The notes beneath the pieces were generated by a model, which worked only from the letters and a program-made list of their open reading frames with translations, ran no database searches and was not told the DNA's origin. 64,000 nt of DNA, taken from a virus (lineage: Duplodnaviria > Caudoviricetes). A program made the position numbers and the translations under genes. Location of the stretch: IMG/VR virus record IMGVR_UViG_3300009678_000061, positions 5,364 to 69,363 of that record. One strand, 5' to 3'. Below are positions 37,632 to 48,612 of the stretch, one piece after another (positions within the stretch are counted from its first letter, which is position 1; the number at the start of each line of letters is the position of its first letter).

Positions 37632-37689
37632 TTGGTAGCCACTCTACCAAACAAGCCGTGGTCAAGTCAATTGGTAGCCTACCTACCAA
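37632..37689 (-). promoter_or_regulatory. Leftward sigma70-like promoter flanked by two palindromic operators TTGGTAG-N5-CTACCAA
   Basis: Perfect palindromes at 37632-37650 and 37671-37689; TTGACT-18-TAGAGT (37670-37641). Confidence 0.75.
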
Positions 37690-37690
37690 T

Positions 37691-38011
37691 CTAAGATTTT
37701 CTGGAAAGCTTCCGAATGGCGATTGCCAGATCAGTCCAGTCCGCGAAGCCCATCGCAACGGCGATGCGCTCCAGGTCGTGAAATCCAGGGCCGTGAGTAC
37801 CCTCGCACCATTTGCGAATCGTGCGGTCGCTCACCCCAAGAGCATCGGAGAGAACCGTTTCGTCGCCGCCGTGGTGCTGGTCGAGCCACGCGCGCAGGAA
37901 TTCTCCGAACTGGCCTCGTGGGTCAGTGCGATTGCGTGCTGGTTTGCGTTCTCTTGCGGCCACGTCGGCGGCTCCAGGGTGCCGCCGCATCGTAATCTGG
38001 GCTGGGGGCAT
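37691..38011 (-). CDS. XRE-family HTH regulator
   Basis: LSDALGVSDRTIRKWCEG..GP..DL..IA. Confidence 0.8.
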   Translation of the reverse strand: MPPAQITMRRHPGAADVAARERKPARNRTDPRGQFGEFLRAWLDQHHGGDETVLSDALGVSDRTIRKWCEGTHGPGFHDLERIAVAMGFADWTDLAIAIRKLSRKS

Positions 38012-38018
38012 AGTCCAA

Positions 38019-38315
38019 TTATCCTTTCTTCGCGGGGTCGAATGGCTCTTCTCTGGCGACGCGCAGGTAGTCCGGGAAGCACTCGGGCATCGCTTCGTGC
38101 AACGCATACTGGCCCGGCGCACGGTGGCACGCCAGCGTGAGCACCTTGCGGTATGCGGTCGGGGACGTTGGCTGCGTCCACCAGCCGATTTGAAAGCGGG
38201 TCACGATTTCAGCCTGCGCGAGACACCAGCAGCGCCCGGTATTGCTGTTGCCGCCGCGGTTGTAGAAATCGTTTACGCAGCCAACGCAATACCTCAGTTT
38301 ATCGTGTGTTTCCAT
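38019..38315 (-). CDS. Cys-rich hypothetical protein
   Basis: Clean ORF with RBS. Confidence 0.55.
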   Translation of the reverse strand: METHDKLRYCVGCVNDFYNRGGNSNTGRCWCLAQAEIVTRFQIGWWTQPTSPTAYRKVLTLACHRAPGQYALHEAMPECFPDYLRVAREEPFDPAKKG

Positions 38316-38815
38316 GTTCTCCTCTTCACTACATGCCCAATAGTCGATCGACCAACTTGATACTCTGCGGCAAGTGCCGCGCCATTCTCACCAAGCGAAA
38401 ATCTCATCCGTATTTCGGCGACTTGCGATTCCGTTAACCGCGACTGGCAGTGACGTTCTCCATGAGCTACGCGACCCTTGCGCATGGCATCGTGGCTATT
38501 GTCGAGCTTCGTTCCCTCAAAGATGTGCCGAGGGTTTACGCAGAGACGAACATCGCACGAGTGACAGCCTTCACCGTTTGGCAATCGCCCGTGCGTCAGA
38601 AAAAACGCAATCCGGTGAGCGGTTGTCGGTTTCAAGTTGAAGCTGAACTGTCCATAGCCAGTCTTTTTGAAGACTGCTGCCTGCCATAACCAGCACGCAT
38701 CGTCACCGCCAGACGCATCAACCTTGCTCCAGAATCGCGCGGCAATGCGATCAAGTTTGCCACGGCAGTAGGGCAACTTGGCGTCGTGCGTCGTGTCGAT
38801 TGCGGCGAGGGGCAT
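38294..38815 (-). CDS. HNH endonuclease (HNH_3-type)
   Basis: FWSKVD...CWLW...GYG...AHR...CHSCD..LCVNP.H...GT..DN..D...KGR. Confidence 0.9.
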   Translation of the reverse strand: MPLAAIDTTHDAKLPYCRGKLDRIAARFWSKVDASGGDDACWLWQAAVFKKTGYGQFSFNLKPTTAHRIAFFLTHGRLPNGEGCHSCDVRLCVNPRHIFEGTKLDNSHDAMRKGRVAHGERHCQSRLTESQVAEIRMRFSLGENGAALAAEYQVGRSTIGHVVKRRTWKHTIN

Positions 38816-38816
38816 A

Positions 38817-39125
38817 TCAAACCTCCGGGGGTTTAAGCACGGTTTTGGCGTATTCCACGATCATCTTCCATGCCTTTTCGGATAGCGGGCTGGGCGTCGA
38901 AATTAGGACCATTTCATCGCCGTCGTGAACGTGCCATTCGATTCGCTCACGCTTTGGCTTGGCGAGCAGCTTTCCGCGCGCGAAATCGGACACTGCGACT
39001 TTTTCCTTTGCGGCTGCTGCGTTCAGTTGGTCCATTTCCTCTTGGGTCAGCCGGCAGGTCAGCACAACCGTTTTGGCGAAGCCGGGCTTCATCTTCGGGC
39101 GTCCGCGTTGGCGCTTCATCAGCAT
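38817..39125 (-). CDS. Ribbon-helix-helix DNA-binding protein
   Basis: RGRPK...[29 protein letters not shown]. Confidence 0.65.
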   Translation of the reverse strand: MLMKRQRGRPKMKPGFAKTVVLTCRLTQEEMDQLNAAAAKEKVAVSDFARGKLLAKPKRERIEWHVHDGDEMVLISTPSPLSEKAWKMIVEYAKTVLKPPEV

Positions 39126-39511
39126 GTCGGTTCCTTTGGCGGCGCGGGCAGGGGTTGCCATGCGGTCACTTCCCGCAGGCGGCCATTCACGGACCACCAC
39201 GATTCTGTCAGCGCATCGCACCAGCCGATTGCAATTCCATCAGCCGACGCCACGAGCACCTCGCCATCGCCGGGGAGCCGTTCCCCCACCGCAATCCAGC
39301 CGCCGGTTCGCTCGCGGGCTTCCGCCTCTTCCGAAGCATCGCATAGCTCAAGCGCGTGCCTGTACAGCAGAGCGTGCAGGTCTTTGCGAATCTGAAGCAA
39401 ATCCGGGAACTCTGCCCCCGGTTCCTTCCATGCGTTGAACTCCGAGTGAAGGCGGCGAATCTCGGCGATTGCTTCGGTAAACGGTCCCGGCGGCAGGTTA
39501 GTCGGCGTCAT
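39119..39511 (-). CDS. DUF551-like protein
   Basis: WIAVGERLP...VTAWQPLPAPP. Confidence 0.75.
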   Translation of the reverse strand: MTPTNLPPGPFTEAIAEIRRLHSEFNAWKEPGAEFPDLLQIRKDLHALLYRHALELCDASEEAEARERTGGWIAVGERLPGDGEVLVASADGIAIGWCDALTESWWSVNGRLREVTAWQPLPAPPKEPTC

Positions 39512-40191
39512 ACCTTCCCCTCGATCTCTTTGTCGCAGTTGCAAAAGTCCGCCTCGTGGTCGAACGGCTCGGTCTCCTTGACCTTGACGGCGTACTCGCT
39601 CACGTCGGACCAGTCCATGTTGTTGCTAAACCAGTCGGCGAAGTCGTATTCATCAAGGCTGCCAGCGCGCACGGAGCCGACGGTATCCTCTCGCTCGTCG
39701 GCGTAGTTCGCGTCGCGGTCATCGGCGATGATTTGCAGCGGCACGTCCCACCGCTCGCCATTGGAGAATGAGCATCGCATCATCGCCGTGGTGGCAAATC
39801 GCTTGTAGCCGAGGTCTTTTTGCTGGTAGGTTTTCGCCATGTTGTCTCCTTTCAAATCCCGGCGCTGCGCCGTGTTGCCACGTTCTGGACGATGGGGACC
39901 GTCCAGGGACGCAGCGCCGGGGATGGGTCAATCTGTTGCGTGTGGCAAGCACATTTCCTCATTTGCCAAGTCAATGACGCGATAAACGTGCATCGGGTTG
40001 AACGCGCCGCCGGATAGTATCTGGTCCGCCCATTGGTGAGCACTCGTCCAACTCGCCTTGTCATCATCGTTGAAATGCGCAGGCCAGCCGACGCACTGGA
40101 AGCCCCACATCATCCCCAGGATGAACGCAGCCTTGTCGCGGTCGGTTGCGTGTTCCGGGTAGGAGCGTTCGCCAATGGCTGGCTTGCTCAT
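39508..40191 (-). other. Two hypothetical ORFs (39508-39840; 39928-40191)
   Basis: ORFs with RBS. Confidence 0.5.
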
Positions 40192-40196
40192 ATGGT

Positions 40197-40418
40197 TCAT
40201 TCCTTCGGCAATTCCGCCGCCAGCTTCACCATCTGTTCTTTGACGGCAAGCACTTTTTCTAATCTCGCAAACACGGTTTCGCTGACCTCCAGTGTGGTCC
40301 ATCTGTGCCGGCACTTTCTTGCGACGCAAATCCGCCTGCGTATCTGTGAGGTATCGTTGCGGTGCGAGCGGCTGTTCTTTACTCGCGCGCCGGGTTTGCC
40401 GCACTTCGGGCACTTCAC
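40197..40418 (-). CDS. NrdR-N-terminus-like zinc-ribbon protein
   Basis: MKCPKCG..RVKNSR...IRRRIC..C.HRWTTLE. Confidence 0.7.
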   Translation of the reverse strand: MKCPKCGKPGARVKNSRSHRNDTSQIRRRICVARKCRHRWTTLEVSETVFARLEKVLAVKEQMVKLAAELPKE

Positions 40419-40603
40419 GGTTCACTCATCCTTGGGTAGCGAGTTGATTGCCGCCGCCAGCGCCGACCGCGCCTTACCAGCCGACTCGATTACGGCATCC
40501 GAATCGGATAGCCGGCAAAGATCTGCCAGGATCACGGACGCCTTTTCGAGCGTGCGCACCTCGCTCTTCTCGACGGTCAACTTACGGCTCTTGGTGTTCA
40601 GTC

Positions 40604-41044
40604 TCACGATTCGTCTCCCTTGGTGTTGGCTTGTCCTTCGTCTCCGAACGTATCCGGCGCCGCATCGAGCGCCGGCTCGTCGGCGTGGCCATTCGTGGAT
40701 GGCTTCTTCTCTCGCACGCGAACGCACTCCACCATTTCGCCGAACGCCAGGCAGCGAGTCGGATAGAAAGTGACACGCTTGCCGGTCCACTTGTCGGCCT
40801 CGGGACCGTACAGTTGCGCGATGCTATCCGCGTTCGTCTTATTGCACACGAGCTTCTTCGCGGTCTTTTCAAAGCGAATCACCATCTTCGCTTTCTTGCT
40901 GCCGTCGATCATTTGCAGCGATTCCTTGCTGACGGCCGAGATGGTCAGCGTCACGTCCCTGCCCTTGAACTCGACCGCCGCCAAATAATCTGACGGAAAC
41001 GCTAACTCACCGTTCAGAGTGACCTTACTCCTAGCCTTCGCCAT
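40604..41044 (-). CDS. Phage recombination-module protein (possible ssDNA-binding or annealing partner)
   Basis: Directly after the RecE-like nuclease; LVCNKTN...LYG..W.GKRVTFY and an acidic tail. Confidence 0.5.
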   Translation of the reverse strand: MAKARSKVTLNGELAFPSDYLAAVEFKGRDVTLTISAVSKESLQMIDGSKKAKMVIRFEKTAKKLVCNKTNADSIAQLYGPEADKWTGKRVTFYPTRCLAFGEMVECVRVREKKPSTNGHADEPALDAAPDTFGDEGQANTKGDES

Positions 41045-41918
41045 CGTCGCCCTCACTTTCTTCTGTGAATGCAGCCCCGCCGCCGATCGTCACCACGCTA
41101 TCCCCTGCGTCCGCCAGCCAGCCGGGCATCTCCAGCGTTACCACTTCGTTGCAGCGGCCAGGCCAGATCCCGGTTTCGCAGCAGACCTTGTATTGCTCAA
41201 GAATCGCGTAGGCTTGCTGCCGGCCGTAGCGAATCAGCGCCGGCGATAGCTCGAACGCCATCACGTCATAGGGTGGTGTGCCCTCGACGGCGATGAAGGC
41301 GAACCGCTCCCGCTCGAATAGCTCCAAGTAGACAGCGGCTTGCAGGTTGTAGCCGAACGACAGAACCGTATTCGTGAACGTCCGCACGTCGGCGCTACGG
41401 ACCTTTTTCAAATCGATCAAGGGGTCGGTCGTGAGCGCATCGCACCGGCCCTTCATGCGCACGCCGTTGACCAGCCCGACCTTGCTGATTTCGACGTGAT
41501 CGATCTTGGCCGTCCACTCGCGCACGAACGGATGCTTGCGCAGCGACCGGATCATGCCGATTAGGTTCGCGTGCTGGGCCACGGTCAGGATGATTTTCGT
41601 ATCGTGCTCATCGCAGAAGCCGTCCCACTCCGCGCCGTAGCGCCTTCCCTGCCGCCAGACGGCGATGCGTTCAGCGGCAAGTTCTGGTTCAAGGAAGCAG
41701 GTATGCAGCGCGCTGCCCAGCGTCATATCGTCGGTGGTTTTCTTGACCAACTCGCGGTCCATCGCGGCTTTCAAGTGGGCCATGCTCGCGCGGCCCTCCT
41801 TGAGCACCGACTGCGACGGGATCGGCCAGCGCAGGTAGTCGGCGTGAGGGACGTGATGGTGCAGGCCATCCGCAATCGCCGGTATCGCGGCAGGTTCAAG
41901 TTCAAGTTGCTGGGTCAT
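41031..41918 (-). CDS. RecE / exonuclease VIII-like PD-(D/E)XK nuclease (DUF3799-like)
   Basis: GSALHT..LEP, KGRCD, IDLKK, YNLQAAVY, FIAVE..PY. Confidence 0.85.
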   Translation of the reverse strand: MTQQLELEPAAIPAIADGLHHHVPHADYLRWPIPSQSVLKEGRASMAHLKAAMDRELVKKTTDDMTLGSALHTCFLEPELAAERIAVWRQGRRYGAEWDGFCDEHDTKIILTVAQHANLIGMIRSLRKHPFVREWTAKIDHVEISKVGLVNGVRMKGRCDALTTDPLIDLKKVRSADVRTFTNTVLSFGYNLQAAVYLELFERERFAFIAVEGTPPYDVMAFELSPALIRYGRQQAYAILEQYKVCCETGIWPGRCNEVVTLEMPGWLADAGDSVVTIGGGAAFTEESEGDDGEG

Positions 41919-43971
41919 CGTGTTCCTCCAAAAACCGTATCGAGCGCCGACTTGTACGCACCGTCCGCCAACCTCACGCCGTCAGAATGGCCGCGCAACA
42001 TGCCCTGCATCCACGCTTCGCTGTACGCCTTGAACATCAGGCCGCGAAGTTCTTTCGGCAGCTTCTGGTCGGCGAACCACAGGTCGAAAGCGTCGGATAG
42101 GACGGTGACTTCTTCAGCGGCTGTCATCCCGTGGCCTCGCTTTCCGGCTCGGCAAAAGCGATGGCGGGCTGCAACGCATCGCACGCATCCTCTAATTCGT
42201 CGCCTGCCGGCCAGTCCGGGTCGCCCCCAGTTGGTCCATACGCGAACTGTGCCTTGCGCACTCGCTTTGCCGCCTCAAGCAGCTTCGTGTGGCTTTCCAG
42301 GATCGGCTCCATGCTCGTCAGCACGCGGCCCGCCAGGCGACTGCGAACCTCATCGAACATCGCAGCACCAACGGTTCGGTAGATCGAACAAATGGCGTCG
42401 ATGTCAGCAAGGATTGCGTCTCGCATATCGTCGCGTCTCAACTTGTCGGCGTTCGATTCGCTCATCCCCTCACCCCCGGCGGCGTCGGCCGCTCTTGTTT
42501 GATTCCACGATACGTTGACCACCACTCATGCCCGCATGCCGTGCATTTGTTGCGATACTTCCGGTCCCGATTGGCTCCCGACTGTCGGCCGCGATAGACC
42601 ACGCGGCATTTCTTTTCTTTCCCCGTGAACACGATCGGTGGATTGCCACTCGCGGCCTTGTTCCCGCATTCCGGGCAGCGACAAACGAGCGGTCTGCCTT
42701 TCACGTTGCACCCCTTCGCTTGGCCGCCACCATCGCGCAGAATTCTTTTGCCTCGCTCGGCATCAAATCGCCGCGCATGTTCAGCACAGGCTCCAGCCGC
42801 TCTTTCGCGGTTGCGATGGACACTGGCTCATCGCAGCATTCCGACTGCCCGCGCAGCAGGTCGATGACGCAATCCACCAGCGCTGCCTTGCTCAAGTAGT
42901 GCAGCCAGGGCACGGCTTCATCGCGGTACGTGGACGGTTTCTTATTCACACAGTTCATGCTCACGGCAGCCTCCCCATCTCCTCTGTAACCGTCCGCGTC
43001 ACGATCGCCAGCGCTTCAAGCCAGCGGTCGTAAATCACTCCCGCCGAATAGCCGCGCGTCATAAATCCAGGTCGCGGTAGCATGACGATCAGCTCGCCAT
43101 CGTCCTCATCCGCCTCTACGCTTGGCCCGTCGTGACGTGTGCGGCGACCGGAGCCCAGCAGCCCGGCGTCGTCCAATCGCGCGCGGATTAGCTTGTCGGT
43201 CGCGGTCAGGAAGCGCTCGGCGTCTGCGGCTTGATCTTGCCAGTGGTCGCGGTCGGTGGAGGTAATCATGTGGCGGTCTCCTCGCATTTCCACTCGTATA
43301 CCGGCTCGGTTTTCGTGCCGACCTGCACTCGCTTGCAAATGGCTCCGTCTTTCGTCGGGAACGCCATAACGCGAAGTCTGTACGCGTACCACTCGTTGTG
43401 CGTGCGCTCGCCAGTTGCCGGGTTGATGGTCGATGTATTTTCTCCGCTGCAAATCAATGCGTAGGTACGTCGCTCGATTTCGTGGTAATCTTCCGGCGGC
43501 TTGTCCTTGTCGGTGTGCCAGCCACGCGAAGCCAGATCGCGGAATAGCGGAATCAATTCGTCGAAGCTCTTGACGTAAACCATGATCGCAATGAACGGCT
43601 CGCGGCACGCCCACTGAGTTACGGAAACCTTTGGTTCAAACTGCGGGAACAGGTCGGCCACGGCATGTGCCATGCGCGCCACGTCCGACAGCAACTCGGC
43701 TTTGATGCGGAGCGCGTCAAGCTCGTCGAACTTGGCCTGGATAGCAGGAGGGACGGATTTACTTGCCATCGTTGTTCTCCAATTCCGCCGCCTTGAGCAG
43801 CAGTTGCCGTTGTAGGGCTTCGCAGTCGGTCGCGGCTTGACGTAGTTCGACGATTGCATCCGCATGGCCACGCCTGCGCAAATCGCTTGCCTTGTCGATG
43901 CGACTGCGAATGACGACTGCGCCGTTGCTGAGCGTGCTGAAGTGGACGCGGGTGGTTAGTTTGGTTGCCAT
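41915..43971 (-). other. Run of small early hypotheticals (41915-42127; 42124-42465; 42462-42704 Zn finger; 42701-42964; 42961-43269; 43266-43769; 43759-43971)
   Basis: Translationally coupled ORF chain. Confidence 0.55.
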
Positions 43972-43980
43972 GTTTGTTCT

Positions 43981-44106
43981 AAAAACGCCGCCGCCTTACT
44001 CGTGGTTCGTGCCTCACCTTTCGGTGATTCGGCTAGTTCGGCTTGCGGCTCTTGAGAGCCTATGGGCATTGCGCTTCGGGCTTCAACCTTTTGGGGCGGC
44101 GGCGTT
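43981..44106 (-). ncRNA. Candidate structured RNA or attenuator
   Basis: 12-bp inverted repeat enclosing two hairpins, followed by U5. Confidence 0.45.
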
Positions 44107-44162
44107 GGTTCCTTTCGTTGGGCCTCCCGCAGAAGCGCCGCGGGTCGCTTGGGTCGTGGTGG

Positions 44163-46997
44163 CTAGTTCACAGCACACCGCTCATTGGCGAGCTTTACAG
44201 CCAGCCTGATTTGAGCGGCCGTCAGTCCCACATTGCCGCGGTCAAGAGCGTTCGCAAAGCCAAGTAACTCACCAGCGGCTTGCGGCCATAAGACTTTCCG
44301 CTCATGGTCGGTTGATGCCGGGAAGTCCGGTATCGGCTGTGCAAAAAAATCAGGATTGATAGTTGGTTTTTCTGGCGGCATCAGTGCGTGACCTTTCCGA
44401 TACAGGCGAGAATCCCGCGGCGCGCCAGGAATCGTTGCCTGGCCTGCGCCTCTTCAAGCGTCTGGAATTCGTCGATAGTCGCGCTGTCCACGTCGTCCGA
44501 CCATCGCAGTTGGTAGAAGGGGAATTTCATCGTTTCGTTTTCCTTGTCCTTGCCCCGCGGCCATTGCGGGTGCGGAGGGGGTTAGTTCGTTTTCTCACGG
44601 GGCATCGACGATTCCGCCACTTGCGGCCAAGTCATCGTCGGTTTGCTTATTAGCGCGAACCGCATTTGTGGCCTTGACAAGCTCGTACGGAACCGTTGTC
44701 CCGGTCCATCGCGCAAGCCGGTCGGCAAGCTCTGCTGCTATTTCGCGGAAAGGCTCAGAATCGCCGGCCTTTCGAGCTTCTTCGATGGCCTGGTCGCGCT
44801 CGTCAATAATGCACTTGATGGCCCTGTACTGATTCACGCTCAGCGGCTCTTCGCCTTCCCCGAACAAATCGCGAGACAGTTCCTTGATATCCGATTCGTC
44901 CACTGCCGATGCGCGCCATTCGTCAAGTTTGCGGAGCGTCCTTTCTTCGCCACGCTCCAGCAGCAAATGCCACTGGTAGGCGTCGGCCGGACTGGAGTTT
45001 CCACCGGCAGCAGTTAAAGCGGCAGCCCTCTCTTGGTGCGTCATGCTGTTCCACCACGCCATACCGGCCGCTTCGTCGGCAGCGCTTCCGCCGACTTGAA
45101 TGTGTTCACGCTGCGGAAGCTCTTCATTTTCGGTGTCTTCCGTAAACTTGCCGCGCGCTACGGAATCTACGATGGCTTCGGCCTGTGCGTTTCCTGCGTC
45201 ACGGCACACGTCACACGACCCGTAGCCGATTTGGACCTTGCAGGTACGGCAGTAATCGTCGTCAAAGCATGGGTCATTGTCGGGGTCCGCCTGCGCGTCC
45301 TTGTAGGCCCGGTTGCACGGCTCGCACCAATCGCCTTCCTTGACGCCGTGCTCGCAGACGCTGCCACCGATCCAGGAGAACAGCGAGACAACATCGTCGC
45401 CGGATTGTTCCAAGCCAGTGTCGATGTACTCCCACCGGACGTTTCTGCCTTCGTCTTTGGCGTCGAACCAAAGACCATCGGGCTTGCGGTTGGTGTTTCT
45501 CTCGGTTTTGTCCAGATGGTACACCGCGCCGTCCATCGGGCCATCAACACACTGGATGATCACGACGACCTCCCTTCGGGATGTGTCTCGACATACTTCC
45601 GGTCGCTCGCCTGCAACCGCTGCAAACGAGCCAGTAGCTTCGTCGGATTGTCGCCGCGTGCAATCTGCACAGGCTCAAGCCATTGCTCGATTAGCTCAAG
45701 CTTCGTTTCATCCTTGGCGTCCATGCCGAGTGTCGAATTGGCGAGGTCTGCCAGAAAGTCAATGAGCGTGTTTTTGCTCAGCGAGTCGAGCGCGAACGCC
45801 ACGCCGCGAGTTGCCAGAACAGGTGGATTGCCTTGCATGGGTTTGGTCTCAGTTATTCGTGTTGAATACAGGCTGCCGGAACGCTCCGGCAAAGTGATCG
45901 TATTTCACGAATCCCTGGCGATAGATGCCGTCGTGCGTCCAGTAGCCGAAAGCAAAACTGAGCGGCCGGCCAGTATCCTCGGTCCAGTTGATGGCGAAGA
46001 AGTGCGTCGGATTCACTTGGCGGTCGCCAAAGAAAATCCGCTCGTAATCCCGGTCATTACAGGTTGCAGTCGCCATCGTCGTTTTCCTTTGTCTGGTTAC
46101 AGGTGTCCGAAGTAACGCACGCCGCGCTCGATATACAGTTGTGTCAAGCCGTGCAGGACCGACTCATCGCACGGCAGCCAATTGGCGTCCGGTGCTTGCT
46201 CGGCTTGGCAGGCGATGACGTTCGTGCACTCGTAATCGCGTTTGCCGGTCCAGTGCTTGTTGACGTAGGTTTTCATCGTTTTCCCTTTCGAGCGGCTTGG
46301 CACTTGTGTTTTTTGAACATCGGTTTTAGGACGCACGTGCTGTGAACGCCGAATGCGTGCCCACATTCGCGACACTGCGCCTCGCAATCTCCACCAACCG
46401 CAACCTCGACTCCATATGCCGTTGGGCATGTAATCGGCTGACTGATTTGGAAGTCGCGCACAATCCCATCATTGCACTTGAGCTTCATATGGCACTCGCG
46501 ATCATGTTCAGCACCGCTTCGCCGTAGCAGCGATTGCTGACGCACCACTCGACGTAATCGAATGCCGTGCAATTCTCTCGACCCTTCGGATGCGGCAGGC
46601 TCCGCAGCGATTCGCACTTGCCGGCGCGGAAGGCGGCAATCAGGTCACACTCGCGTTGGCACTTGGCTTCCCGGCGGCTCTTAGTCGCAGCACGCCGCTT
46701 GCTCGACTCCTCTTCTGTGACCACGCGAATCAAACCGGTATCGCCAGTCTTGCGGATGCAATCGCAGCCCACCTTGAACCGCTTTCCGTCGGCGGATTCA
46801 ACGCAATAGGCATTCAGGATTCCCTGCCCGCAGTAGTCGCAAGACGTAGCATTGTTTGTGGTGTATGTCTGCCCGGCCCCGGCGCGTTCCGACTGGACGG
46901 CTGCCCGGTCGGCGGCGGTTTGCAGTCCGACAAACCGGAACGTGGCAAGGCCAAGGCCAGCAGCTTCAAACTTGTGGATTTGTTCGGTAGCTGGCAT
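44163..46997 (-). other. Early hypotheticals (44163-44381; 44595-45563; 45560-45838; 45849-46076; 46097-46276; 46273-46488; 46485-46997)
   Basis: Coupled ORFs downstream of the promoter at 47046-47073; several are Cys-rich. Confidence 0.55.
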
Positions 46998-47043
46998 CGT
47001 TTTCCCTTTGCGTTTGATTCCCGCAAGTCTTGCTTGCGTGCGT

Positions 47044-47073
47044 ATAGTCTAACAGATTAGATTATCGGGTCAA
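47044..47073 (-). promoter_or_regulatory. Leftward promoter with overlapping imperfect palindrome
   Basis: TTGACC-16-TAGACT with extended TG; palindrome AGTCTAA-N4-TTAGATT. Confidence 0.65.
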
Positions 47074-47105
47074 GACCCCACGGGCATATAATCCAAAATA
47101 CTTGA

Positions 47106-47384
47106 TTACCGTTTCCGCCGCTTATTCCCGCCGATTCCATCAACGAAATCATCCGGCGGAATCAGGTCGCGGTAGTCGCTTTTCCCTAGAGCCTTGGCAA
47201 TCTTGTTGAGTGCCGCAATGGAAGGCGATGACGTGCCGCCGATGTAGTTGAAGATAGTCGCCCGGCTCAGTCCGGTCTTGGCGGCAATCTTCGTGGCGTC
47301 ATCGCCGACGAGGTGCTGCAAATAGAGCGCGAGTTGCCCGGCCGGGGTTGTCGGGTCCGGGTTGTACTTTCGCTTGCGGCCCAT
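47106..47384 (-). CDS. XRE-family HTH regulator; in-frame upstream extension to 47621 possible
   Basis: KIAAKTGLSRATIFNYIGG..SPSI..L.KIA.ALG. Confidence 0.8.
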   Translation of the reverse strand: MGRKRKYNPDPTTPAGQLALYLQHLVGDDATKIAAKTGLSRATIFNYIGGTSSPSIAALNKIAKALGKSDYRDLIPPDDFVDGIGGNKRRKR

Positions 47385-47787
47385 GCGGCTTGCTCCATTG
47401 GGAGCCTCAAGGGTACTTGTGCCGCCAGCCCGCCGCAACTTGGCCCGTGCCGCATCGACAACATCCGGGCGGATCGCTGCGACCCCGCCACCATATCGCC
47501 CGTACCATTTTCGGCCGATGTGCCAGACTTCGCGCGCGCCGCTGGGCTTGAGGGTGCGGAGTAGCGCGCGGGATAGCCGGGCGTCGTCAGTCCGCTTGGC
47601 CGCCTTGGTGGTTGTGCTCATGGTGCGTCCTCCTGATTCTCCTCTTCGCGCTCGATGATCCAACTGATCGGCCAACTCACGCGGCAGAATTGCACGTCCT
47701 CGCGCAGTTGCTGCCACTCTTCGACAGTGAGCAACTCGCGGAGCGGATGCCGCGCTATCGAATGTTGGGGCTGGTCGTCCATCGTGT

Positions 47788-48612
47788 TCACCCGTTCGGT
47801 TCGGCGTTCATGGGGACTGCGGCAGCATCGTTCAAAATCCAAATCTCGCCCGTCCGCGCATTGGATTGCGTGCGACTGCTGGCTTCGATGATCTCCCAGC
47901 CTACATAAAGTTCTCTCAGGAAGTCGTCGTCTCCGTAACGAACCACAACCGTCGTCTGCTCGAATCGCCCCAGCGCGTTACGCAAATCCCTGTGGTCTTG
48001 GTCGGTGAACGAATGCAGGTATTCGTCGCCGGCCCCGCGCCACGGCGCATCCACGTAGATGCCGCAATCGCGCTGGTCCTTCACTTTTGGCAACAGCATG
48101 CGGAAGCATTCTTCCTGCCACTCGCACCGCTCGAATGTCGTGGCCCAGGCATCAAGATCGTTTGCAGCCGCCTGGATTCTGCTGGCGTTCGTCCCGCCGT
48201 TGGCATTCCAGCGAACTGATGGCAGTTTGGCTGGTTCCGTTGTTCCGCCCTTTCCTTTGCGGCCGATCCAGCACGTCGCCCAGAACGCCCAGGCTTGATC
48301 GGTAAGCTGTCCGGATGCCAGCAGTTCGCGAGCCCTCGCAATCTCTTCCGGGTGGCTCAATGTGTGTTGGCATTGGCAAATCAGATCGATCCGCGCTTCG
48401 TGACCGTACCGGCCGCCCAGGCACCGATAGAAGTTGATCGCGTGGCTGTGAAGGTCGTTCGCGACAATCGCCCTGGCCTTTAAGTGCGGGATGATCGACG
48501 CGCCGCCGACAAATGGAATCGTCACATGCCGGCAGTTGTCCAGGAACCTTGCGAGGTCCGCAGCAACTTCGCTATCACTTCCGAACCAGGAAAGAGCGGA
48601 GGATGTCTTCAC
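47788..48612 (-). CDS. Dam-family (D12 class) DNA adenine methyltransferase-like protein
   Basis: LSWFGS, PFVGGASI, IVAND...INFY; motif IV reads DAPW instead of DPPY. Confidence 0.8.
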   Translation of the reverse strand: MKTSSALSWFGSDSEVAADLARFLDNCRHVTIPFVGGASIIPHLKARAIVANDLHSHAINFYRCLGGRYGHEARIDLICQCQHTLSHPEEIARARELLASGQLTDQAWAFWATCWIGRKGKGGTTEPAKLPSVRWNANGGTNASRIQAAANDLDAWATTFERCEWQEECFRMLLPKVKDQRDCGIYVDAPWRGAGDEYLHSFTDQDHRDLRNALGRFEQTTVVVRYGDDDFLRELYVGWEIIEASSRTQSNARTGEIWILNDAAAVPMNAEPNG

